From: an uncultured Alphaproteobacteria bacterium
Lineage (GTDB): Bacteria > Pseudomonadota > Alphaproteobacteria > Methylaequorales > Methylaequoraceae
Assembly: GCA_902537615.1 (NCBI GenBank)
Contig: CACBBU010000003.1
Coordinates: forward strand, 17,647 to 81,646
DNA length: 64,000 nt
Direction: 5' to 3'
Position 1 is the stretch's first letter; every line of letters starts with the position of its first letter. Shown piece by piece: positions 45,539 through 53,498 of the stretch. The translations under genes were made by a program, and so were the position numbers. The notes beneath the pieces were generated by a model. The model was given only the letters and a program-made list of their open reading frames with translations. It had not been told where the DNA came from and ran no database searches.

Positions 45539-47017
45539 ATGTCTTATAAAAACTTAAAAATTTTGTTTGAAGAGCAAAGTCTTATCAATGACATTAGTGG
45601 GATTTTAAACTGGGATATGGCTACTTATATGCCAGAAAATTCAAGGGAACAGAGAATTAAACAAATCACAAAGTTATATGACTACAAAAAAAATATTTTT
45701 AATGAAATTAAAAAAAATGAATTTTTTAATAAAGTTAATGAGTTTGAATTAAATAAATTTGACAAAATAAACTTTGAACTGATGAAAAATAAATTTGATT
45801 ATTTTAACTCTATTTCAGTTGATAAATTAAAAAAAAAAGCTGAACTGTCCATAGAATGTGAGGGTTTGTGGAGAGAGGCTAAAGAAAAATCTAATTTTAA
45901 CATAGTTAAAAATTCTTTTGTTAAACTTGTCAATTTAATTAAAGAGGAGTCAGAAATCTTGTCTCAAATTAAAGATAAAAAAAAATACGATTGTTTACTT
46001 TTTAAATATGATAGATCTCTTGATTCAAAACGACTCTTTAAAATTTTCAATAGAGTTGAGAAATTCATAAAGAAAAAATTACCATTTATAATAAAGAAGC
46101 AAAAAAATCTAAAGCTTAAAGATTATTTAAATGAGAAAGATCAGTTTAATTTATCAAAAATCTTCATGAAACACTTAGGCTTTGATTTTTCCAGGGGAAG
46201 AATTGATAAAAGTTTACACCCTTTTTGTGGAGGAGGAACTCAAGATGTCAGAATTACAACTAGATTTAGTGAAGAAGATTCATTTTCATGTTTTGATGCT
46301 CTGATGCACGAGACAGGGCATGCTTTATATGAACAGGGATTACCAAAAAAATGGGCTCATCAACCAGTTGGTTCTGCAGGAGGAATGTCTTTACACGAAA
46401 GTCAGTCACTTTTCATAGAAATGCAAATAATAAAATCTCTTCCTGTCAGCCAATTTATTCAAAAAATTTTACAAAATAAGATAGGTAAAGATCCTAGCGT
46501 TTGGAGTAGTGAAGCTATCTATAAGATAAGAAATAATGTTAAACCAAGTTACATTAGAGTTGATTCTGATGAAGTTCATTATCCTCTTCACATAATTCAC
46601 AGATTTAACATTGAATATAAAATAATAGAAGAAGATGCTAATGTAGAATATTTACCAGATCTATGGAACGAAGAATTTTCAAAAACCCTGGGACTTGATG
46701 TTCATGATGATAAGAGAGGTTGTTTACAGGATATACACTGGTATGGAGGAGATTTTGGATATTTCCCTACTTACAGTATCGGTGCATTTGTTGCTGCACA
46801 ATTAGCCTATAAAGTTAGGACAGAAATAATAGATTTTGATTTAAATTTGAAAAAGGGTAATTTTAAACCAATAATTAAGTGGCTTAGAAAAAATATTCAC
46901 AGTAGAGGAAGTTTATTAAAAATTGATGAATTATTAAATGAATCAACAGAAGAAAACCTTAACATAAAATACTTTGAAAAACATATTACTGATAGGTATA
47001 TAAAAATGAAAATCTAG
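45539..47017 (+). CDS. carboxypeptidase Taq-type metallopeptidase (M32)
   Basis: HETGHALYEQG zinc motif, HESQSLF, DIHWYGGDFGYFPTYSIGA. 492 aa. Confidence 0.9.
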   Translation: MSYKNLKILFEEQSLINDISGILNWDMATYMPENSREQRIKQITKLYDYKKNIFNEIKKNEFFNKVNEFELNKFDKINFELMKNKFDYFNSISVDKLKKKAELSIECEGLWREAKEKSNFNIVKNSFVKLVNLIKEESEILSQIKDKKKYDCLLFKYDRSLDSKRLFKIFNRVEKFIKKKLPFIIKKQKNLKLKDYLNEKDQFNLSKIFMKHLGFDFSRGRIDKSLHPFCGGGTQDVRITTRFSEEDSFSCFDALMHETGHALYEQGLPKKWAHQPVGSAGGMSLHESQSLFIEMQIIKSLPVSQFIQKILQNKIGKDPSVWSSEAIYKIRNNVKPSYIRVDSDEVHYPLHIIHRFNIEYKIIEEDANVEYLPDLWNEEFSKTLGLDVHDDKRGCLQDIHWYGGDFGYFPTYSIGAFVAAQLAYKVRTEIIDFDLNLKKGNFKPIIKWLRKNIHSRGSLLKIDELLNESTEENLNIKYFEKHITDRYIKMKI

Positions 47018-47315
47018 AATTTGGTTTAGATTTTTCATTAGATTCTAACAAAAAAAATTGTCTGATTCCTTGTTAAAAAAAGTTGAGCAAGTTGAAGTTT
47101 ACATAGAGAAATATAAGCTAGTAGAATTTTTATGATAAAGGGTTCTTTCAACTGAAGCTAAGATTGATGAGGATGGGATGGAATTAATTAGGAAAATGAT
47201 CAGAAGATTGAATATATGAGATATTTAACCAGAGGGAGTTTGAAAAGAAGCAGAGGAAAATCTTAAAGAATATAGCAAGTAATTAGATTAACCAAATTAA
47301 AATATTTTTGATCTA

Positions 47316-47756
47316 TTAAAATAATCTATTGTTTTTCAAAACTTTACAGTATCCAGTCCTGTAAATAGTTTCATTGTTAGTTCTAAACTCATGTTTTATA
47401 AACCCACTATATCTGTCTAACTCAATAATATTTTTTTTTACTAAAAGTCCATTAGCCTCCAAATAAGATATTGAAAAAATTAGTGAATCACTTATTTTGA
47501 ATTCCGTCTTACTAAAGCTACCTCCATCCTTTTGTAAATCTTTTTGAGATTTCACAGAAAGCCATTTATTCTTAATGTCTAAAAAAAAAGTTTGAGTTTG
47601 GTCAATTAAACTTAAGTTTCTAAACTCAATATCCGTTTCGTCGTTTTCACCAGATATACCATAGTTCATTTTACAAGATAAAACTTTCTCACTTGCATAA
47701 GAAAATGAAAAAAACAAATTTAAAAACAAGATTGTTAATGAATATCTCAAAATCAT
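47316..47756 (-). CDS. hypothetical secreted protein (signal peptide, Cys near both ends)
   Basis: Signal peptide ...FSFSYASE. Mature part begins KVLSCKM and ends RTGYCKVLKNNRLF. Same architecture as 43482..43952. Confidence 0.5.
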   Translation of the reverse strand: MILRYSLTILFLNLFFSFSYASEKVLSCKMNYGISGENDETDIEFRNLSLIDQTQTFFLDIKNKWLSVKSQKDLQKDGGSFSKTEFKISDSLIFSISYLEANGLLVKKNIIELDRYSGFIKHEFRTNNETIYRTGYCKVLKNNRLF

Positions 47757-47854
47757 GTATAAAACTATGAAATTTTTAAATCATAGTCAAACATGAAAAC
47801 TAAATAAATGAATAAAAAAATTCCATAAATTTATCTAATTTTTAGAATTAAATT

Positions 47855-47871
47855 CTGGCACTTAATTTGCT
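47855..47871 (+). promoter_or_regulatory. sigma-54-type -24/-12 promoter motif CTGGCAC-TTAAT-TTGCT
   Basis: Read directly: TGGCAC at 47856-47861, N5, TTGC at 47867-47870. Same orientation as the CDS starting at 47883. Matches YTGGCAC-N5-TTGCW at every conserved position. Confidence 0.4.
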
Positions 47872-47882
47872 GTATCTTTTTT

Positions 47883-48752
47883 ATGCTAAATAATTCTCCA
47901 AATCCATTAGGCTTGCCTAGACTTTCGGAAATAAAAAGTTTTGTTAATCTTCCAAAACTAGACTTTGGGGGATTTGCATTGCTAGAATATCTCCTTTCTC
48001 ATAATGATTTTAAAAAAAGAATTGAAGTTTTAGATATTGGAGGTGCATTAGGTAAACACTGTAAAATAATGAGAAGGTTTGGTTTTTCAGTAGATTCAAT
48101 AGATAAATATGAAAAAGATGCAGAATTTATTGGTGATTTTAATCATCATAACTTTGAGAAAAAATATGATATGATTCACTGTTCTCATGTAATTGAACAT
48201 CAACGAAACCAGGGACTTTTTTTAGATAAAATTTACGATTTGTTGAAAGATGATGGCGACTTAGTTATTTTTGGTCCAAAACATCCAGCCGAAAGATTTG
48301 TTGAAGGACATATTTCATCAACAATTTTACCAGTTTTTTTACAAATTTTGATTTATGCTGGATTTGATTGTAAAGAAGGTAAAATAATGTCTATTGCTGG
48401 AATTGAAAATTCATTTATTGTAAAGAAAGCAAAAAATTTTTCATTAGATGAGAGAAGTGAAGCAGGCTTCAAATGGAAAAGAAAACACCAAGAACGTTCA
48501 CCTGTCCAATTAAGACAAGGTTTTGAGGTTTCACCAATGGGTATTTACCTACATAATTGTAAAATTTTTTCTGCAAATTATTTTAACAGAAATGGAAAAC
48601 AAGAAGTTTGCATAAAATTAAATTTCCTTAAAGACTATAAAAAAAAAGATATTAAATTTTTTTTGAATACATTTAATAGTCTTTATCTTTTTGATTCTGA
48701 AAATAAAGAACTTTCTAATCCAAATGACGATTATATTATGTTAGAAATCTAA
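47883..48752 (+). CDS. class I SAM-dependent methyltransferase with about 110-aa C-terminal extension of unknown function
   Basis: Motif I VLDIGGALGKH, post-I SVDSIDK, YDMIHCSHVIEHQ, LLKDDGDLVIFGP. Confidence 0.7.
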   Translation: MLNNSPNPLGLPRLSEIKSFVNLPKLDFGGFALLEYLLSHNDFKKRIEVLDIGGALGKHCKIMRRFGFSVDSIDKYEKDAEFIGDFNHHNFEKKYDMIHCSHVIEHQRNQGLFLDKIYDLLKDDGDLVIFGPKHPAERFVEGHISSTILPVFLQILIYAGFDCKEGKIMSIAGIENSFIVKKAKNFSLDERSEAGFKWKRKHQERSPVQLRQGFEVSPMGIYLHNCKIFSANYFNRNGKQEVCIKLNFLKDYKKKDIKFFLNTFNSLYLFDSENKELSNPNDDYIMLEI

Positions 48753-48892
48753 TATTATAGACTAAAGCGTAACTGTAATTATTTTTTTTAGGTTAATTTT
48801 CAGGTTTTATTTTTAGTTGATCTTTATTGAAAAAAATTTATTTGAACTTTCATAATTGCATAAAAATTATGTATGATATATTTTTGAGTTAT

Positions 48893-49303
48893 ATGAATAA
48901 AAGTGAAAACACTTTTAAATATAGACAACTCCTTAGCTGTAAATGTTTGAGAATGCGTAAAGCCTCAAGAATTACAACACAACTATATGATAAAAAGTTA
49001 AAACCTTTAAAAATTAGGATAACTCAATTTTCAATTCTATCTTTATTAGCCTCTGGAGGGAATGAAACAGTTAATAGTCTTTCAGAAACTTTGTTAATGG
49101 ATAGAACTACGTTAAGTAGAGGCCTTGATATATTATATAAATATAAATTAATTGAAAATTTAAAAAGTAAAGATGCGAGAAAAAGAATAGTTAAACTAAC
49201 CCCAAAAGGATTTGAAACCCTTGACCAGGCGATTCCACTTTGGAAAGAGGCAGAGGACGAAATTTTTGGTGAATCCAAAAAATATGGCTTTTCTGCTTTG
49301 TAA
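48893..49303 (+). CDS. MarR-family transcriptional regulator
   Basis: wHTH region ITQFSILSLLASGGNETVNSLSETLLMDRTTLSRGLDILYKYKLIE...DARKRIVKLTPKG. Start uncertain (ATG 48893 chosen; ATG 48869 and track TTG 48827 are alternatives). Confidence 0.8.
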   Translation: MNKSENTFKYRQLLSCKCLRMRKASRITTQLYDKKLKPLKIRITQFSILSLLASGGNETVNSLSETLLMDRTTLSRGLDILYKYKLIENLKSKDARKRIVKLTPKGFETLDQAIPLWKEAEDEIFGESKKYGFSAL

Positions 49304-49308
49304 AAATT

Positions 49309-50799
49309 CTAAGTACCACAGAACGTATTTTTAATATCTTGATTAGGTTTTGGTGGTTCACTTAGATTGAAATTTTCTTTATACTCAAATGGTTTTTTTA
49401 ACACTTTTATAAGATCATTTGTCATAGAAAAGTCACCCTTTTCAACTGCATTGTTAATGGCTTTTTCAACTAAATGATTTCTAGGAATAAAAAGCGGGTT
49501 TTTATTTTGCATTTTTTTAGAAATTTTTTCTTTAGAAGAGTTTTCTTTATTTAATCTTTTAATCCAGTCGTTATACCAGGTAGTTATAGGTTTTTTATTT
49601 TTAAAAGAAGAGAAAAACTTTATTTTTTTTTTCTCATTTTCAATGCTTTCTGATAATGTCCTGAAAGTTAATGTAAAGTCAATTTTTTGTTTAAACATAA
49701 TTTCTAAAAATTTTTCAATTAATTTTCTATCTTCTTTTAGGCTTAGAAAAAAGCCAAGCTTTTCAGAAATAGCTTTGATCCAAAATTTTTCAAATAGTTG
49801 AGGAAATGTTGATAAAGAGTTTAAAATTATTTTGTTGGCTTTTTCCTCATTTTGATTAATCAAAAAAGAAATACATTCGGCAAATTTTGATAAATTCCAG
49901 AGCATTATTTTCGGCTGATTACCATAGCTATATCTTCCATAAGTATCAATAAAACTATATACGGTATTTGGGTCAAATTTGTTCATAAAAGCACATGGTC
50001 CATAATCAATTGTCTGTCCGGATATACATGTATTATCTGTATTCATAACACCATGAATAAAGCCAACATTCATCCATTGTGCAACAAGTTTAGCTTGACA
50101 TTCTATTACTTTGTCTAAAAATAACTTGTAACGATTTTTACTTGACCAAATTTCTGCAAAATGTCTTTTAATTGAGTAGTCAGAAAGTTTCTTGACTGAA
50201 ACTAAATCTTTTTTTGCGCTAAAAAACTCAAACGTCCCTATTCTTATATGACTTGAGGACACTCTTGCTAAAATTCCTCCAGGTTCAATTCTTTCTCGCT
50301 TTACGAATTCTCCAGTACTTATGATTGATAAAGAACGAGTTGTAGGGATACCAAGATAATGCATAGCTTCACTTATGATATACTCTCTTATCACTGGTCC
50401 AAGAGGTGACCTTCCATCTCCCTGTCTAGAAAAACTTGTTTGCCCTGAACCTTTTAATTGTATATCGTATCTTTGACCGTTTTTTGCAATAATCTCGCCT
50501 AATAAAACTGCCCTTCCGTCACCAAGCTGCTTAACAAAATTTCCAAATTGATGACCTGCATATACCATTGCGAGAGGTGTTGTATTTGAAGGAACTTTGT
50601 TTCCTGATAAAATAGATATTCCTAAGTTACTCTTTAAAGAATTCTCGTCCAGGTCTAAAAAATTTAAAAGTTCATGATTTAATTTTATAAGGGTGGGTTT
50701 TTTTACAGGAACAGGGTTAATCTTCTGGTAAAAGTTTTTGGGAAGACTTACATAAGTATTGTCAAATTTGAAAATTTGCGATTTGGTTTTTTTTTTCAA
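49309..50799 (-). CDS. selO: protein adenylyltransferase SelO (YdiU/UPF0061)
   Basis: AMVYAGHQFGNFVKQLGDGRAVLLGE, LKGSGQTSFSRQGDGR, HGVMNTDNTCISGQTIDYGPCAF. Ends ...TFCGT (Cys at the position of eukaryotic Sec). Confidence 0.9.
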   Translation of the reverse strand: MKKKTKSQIFKFDNTYVSLPKNFYQKINPVPVKKPTLIKLNHELLNFLDLDENSLKSNLGISILSGNKVPSNTTPLAMVYAGHQFGNFVKQLGDGRAVLLGEIIAKNGQRYDIQLKGSGQTSFSRQGDGRSPLGPVIREYIISEAMHYLGIPTTRSLSIISTGEFVKRERIEPGGILARVSSSHIRIGTFEFFSAKKDLVSVKKLSDYSIKRHFAEIWSSKNRYKLFLDKVIECQAKLVAQWMNVGFIHGVMNTDNTCISGQTIDYGPCAFMNKFDPNTVYSFIDTYGRYSYGNQPKIMLWNLSKFAECISFLINQNEEKANKIILNSLSTFPQLFEKFWIKAISEKLGFFLSLKEDRKLIEKFLEIMFKQKIDFTLTFRTLSESIENEKKKIKFFSSFKNKKPITTWYNDWIKRLNKENSSKEKISKKMQNKNPLFIPRNHLVEKAINNAVEKGDFSMTNDLIKVLKKPFEYKENFNLSEPPKPNQDIKNTFCGT

Positions 50800-51479
50800 T
50801 TAAGACTTCCCAGTATTCCTAGTAATAACCCAATTAAAAAACCAAACACTCCTCCCCATACAACTAACCATCCTAAATGTTTTTGAATCATTTCCTTCAT
50901 TATGATTTTTATATGTTCAGGAGTTAACTCCTCCAACCTTTTGTCTATAATATTTTCTATGTCTTCCTTAAGTTTTTCTGAGGGGTTAAAATTTTCATCA
51001 ATTTTTTTTAATGATATATCGTTAAACAACTCCTTTATTTTTTTTTTAACTGGTTCTTTAAGGGGATTGAGAGCTTTTTTTCCTCCGAGCATATTTAGCA
51101 TTGAACCTAATGATGATTCTTCAATAGCCTCAACAAGCTTAATAAAGATTTTGTCGTAATCTAAGTTTTTAAGAATATCCTCACCAGCTTTATCAGTTTT
51201 GTTTTTTAAAAATTTTTCTAAAATGATATTTGAAAAAAATTCATTCATAATTAAATTTCTGATTCCGTTTTTAAAATCCTCAAATCTGTCAGGGATAACA
51301 CCAGAACCATAAAGAAAGGGCACTTTCTCAAAAAGCATGTGAATTGCAATCCAATTAGTAAGACCACCTGAGAGGGCGAATAATCCTGCCATAAAAATTT
51401 CTGTTGAATAAATTGGTGAAATAAGGCCATAGATTGTTATAGCAACTGAGATTAAATTAGTGATTATACTTTTGTTCAT
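50796..51479 (-). CDS. DUF445 family membrane protein
   Basis: GGLTNWIAIHMLFEKVPF motif, terminal TM helices. 227 aa. Confidence 0.65.
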   Translation of the reverse strand: MNKSIITNLISVAITIYGLISPIYSTEIFMAGLFALSGGLTNWIAIHMLFEKVPFLYGSGVIPDRFEDFKNGIRNLIMNEFFSNIILEKFLKNKTDKAGEDILKNLDYDKIFIKLVEAIEESSLGSMLNMLGGKKALNPLKEPVKKKIKELFNDISLKKIDENFNPSEKLKEDIENIIDKRLEELTPEHIKIIMKEMIQKHLGWLVVWGGVFGFLIGLLLGILGSLN

Positions 51480-51500
51480 AAAAAGTTTTATTTTTTTTAC

Positions 51501-51971
51501 TTAATCATTGTAAGGTAAAGAGGAGTGATGCAAATTAATTCTTAATTGATCAGGACTAATCTTAATAAACCCAAATGTGTATTCAACTTTTAGTAGATCG
51601 TTCTTTTCATCTTCAAAGTAATAATTGCCCATAGAAAGTAACAGGTTATTGTGATTAACAATTTTAAAGTTTTCAAACTTTATTGACTTCCAATTCTTTA
51701 TAGCAAAACCTTTATCTTCTTTGCATACTTTATTTTGTCCAAGAAAATAAGATATAAACTCTTCTTTTGTTGATCTAAATTGATTGTGCTTGGCTAAGGT
51801 TGGTTTAAATAAAATACTACAATGATCAAATGCATATATTTTATGAAGTAGTTCAGACACTAGATCATCTAAATTAGTTTTTTTTCTATATGCATTTCCA
51901 ATTTTTAATACCATATCAGCCCATTTTTTTTGGGTAATATTAACTAAATCAACGTCTTTATTAGTAGTCAT
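51501..51971 (-). CDS. NTF2-like (SnoaL/DUF4440-type) protein
   Basis: LFKPTLA...FRSTKEEFISYFLG...GFAIKNWKSIKFEN...VEYTFGF...LRINLHHSSLPY pattern. Recalled family assignment only. Confidence 0.4.
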   Translation of the reverse strand: MTTNKDVDLVNITQKKWADMVLKIGNAYRKKTNLDDLVSELLHKIYAFDHCSILFKPTLAKHNQFRSTKEEFISYFLGQNKVCKEDKGFAIKNWKSIKFENFKIVNHNNLLLSMGNYYFEDEKNDLLKVEYTFGFIKISPDQLRINLHHSSLPYND

Positions 51972-52059
51972 TTATCCTCACAAATATAATTTTTTGTTTT
52001 AAATTTTTGAAAATTTGAAATAGATTTACATTTTCTTTCATAATATTAGAGTAAAGTTT

Positions 52060-52605
52060 ATGAAATTATTTATTACTATAACCTTCTTTATAATAGGTGT
52101 AAAAATTAATGCAATGAATTTGCTTGATTATAAAGTTGATGAAAAAAAAATAATACTTGAGGATTGGAAATTTTTTTCTGATCAAGTAATGGGAGGAGTA
52201 TCAGAAGGAAAAACATCTCTAAAAAAAGATCAAAATAAATTTTTTCTAAGATTAGAAGGTAATGTCAGTACTAAAAATAATGGTGGATTTATTCAAGTGA
52301 GAAAAGAATATCAAATTAAAGACAATAATTATAAAGGAATTAGACTTAAAGCAAGAGGTATTGAAAGTGAGTACTATATTCACATAAGAACAAAAAAACT
52401 ATTTTTACCATGGCAGTATTATGCTGGTAAATTTTTTGTTTCAAAAGAATGGACCAATCTAGAAATTAGGTTTGACGATTTTGTAAAATCTAACTTTTAC
52501 CAACCACAAAAGTTCACCCCATCTGAAATAAAAAGTATAGCGTTTGTAGCATTTGGAAAGGATTTCAATGCAGAGCTGGATATAATAGAAGCGGAACTAT
52601 TTTGA
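52060..52605 (+). CDS. CIA30 (complex I intermediate-associated protein 30) domain protein with signal peptide
   Basis: WKFFSDQVMGGVSEGK...FFLRLEGNVSTKNNGGFIQVRK is the CIA30 signature. Confidence 0.7.
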   Translation: MKLFITITFFIIGVKINAMNLLDYKVDEKKIILEDWKFFSDQVMGGVSEGKTSLKKDQNKFFLRLEGNVSTKNNGGFIQVRKEYQIKDNNYKGIRLKARGIESEYYIHIRTKKLFLPWQYYAGKFFVSKEWTNLEIRFDDFVKSNFYQPQKFTPSEIKSIAFVAFGKDFNAELDIIEAELF

Positions 52606-52898
52606 TGTCCAAAAAAAGTGACTTTCCACAAACAAAAGTAAAAAATGCTGAGCCTTCAATTGAAAATTCAGATTGGATTATTTGGGCAGCATGGGCAGAC
52701 CGAATAACTTTTGAAGAGATTTTTGAAAAAACAGGAAAAACCGAGGCTGACGTAATTAAATTGATGAGAAAAACTTTGAAGCCATCTAGTTTCAGACTGT
52801 GGAGAAAAAGAGTGGCTGAAAAATCAATTAAGCATAGAAAGTTATTTTATCAATCAAGGAAAAAATTAAGAGCAAAAATATCTATAGATGAGACATAG
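52602..52898 (+). CDS. TIGR03643 / DUF2805 family protein
   Basis: IIWAAWADRITFEEIFEKTGKTEADVIKLMRKTLKPSSFRLWRKRV. ATGA overlap with the CIA30 gene. Confidence 0.7.
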   Translation: MMSKKSDFPQTKVKNAEPSIENSDWIIWAAWADRITFEEIFEKTGKTEADVIKLMRKTLKPSSFRLWRKRVAEKSIKHRKLFYQSRKKLRAKISIDET

Positions 52899-53322
52899 CT
52901 TTTTTCTTTGCATCAGATGATTCTTTTCCTGTAAGATGGAAAAGTCCAACTAATTTACTCATCAATGCTGCTTCAAAATCATCAATCTTTCCATCAGCTA
53001 GTACAACAGACCACAAATACTCAAAGATTTCTAAGATTTCTTCTTTGTCAAAGTTGTCTCTGATATTCTTAGTAAGAGAATATAATTCAACATTCTCCTC
53101 AACTATTTCAAGTGACTTGTCAAAAATTAAATTTATTTTTGATTGGTCAATCTTTAGTTTTTTTTGGATAAGATCTTTAATTTTAGAAATCTCTTGATCT
53201 GAGAAATCATAGTCTCCCTTAGCGCATTCAATTAGAAGAGATATTACAAGAATATTTTTTTCATCTTCTGTAGCATCTTCGGTTCTTTGTTCTTTTTTAA
53301 ACTTTTTAAGAAACGGTATCAT
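52882..53322 (-). CDS. TerB-like (tellurite-resistance TerB / DjlA N-terminal domain family) protein
   Basis: Two halves with ...CAKGDYDFSDQEISKI... and ...VVLADGKIDDFEAALMSKL... 146 aa. 17-nt convergent overlap with the previous gene. Confidence 0.6.
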   Translation of the reverse strand: MIPFLKKFKKEQRTEDATEDEKNILVISLLIECAKGDYDFSDQEISKIKDLIQKKLKIDQSKINLIFDKSLEIVEENVELYSLTKNIRDNFDKEEILEIFEYLWSVVLADGKIDDFEAALMSKLVGLFHLTGKESSDAKKKAMSHL

Positions 53323-53368
53323 TAAACTAAATTGTAGTTAAGTTATCTTTAGTAAATAACTTTTAGTT

Positions 53369-53390
53369 TTTCAATGAAATTTCAATGAAA
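53369..53390. promoter_or_regulatory. exact tandem duplication of the 11-bp palindrome TTTCAATGAAA (candidate operator)
   Basis: Read directly: 53369-53379 and 53380-53390. Each unit is TTTCA-A-TGAAA. Located in the divergent spacer between the TerB-like gene and the TonB-dependent receptor. Confidence 0.35.
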
Positions 53391-53498
53391 ATTTTTGTTT
53401 TTAAAAATTTACACAGCTAACTTATTGTATTTATTCATTTTACCAATTTGACTTTTTTTTAGACTTTGTTAGATTAATGATCTTATAAACGAGGAAAG

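Noticed and set aside
47232-47244. GAGGGAGTTTGAA resembles the tRNA-Ser T-arm (GAGGGTTCGAA). It could be a distal att repeat bounding an island.
   Set aside because: The match is short and gapped, with no extension into the acceptor 3' strand (CCCTCTCTCTCCGCCA). A probable core gene (M32 peptidase) lies inside the would-be island.
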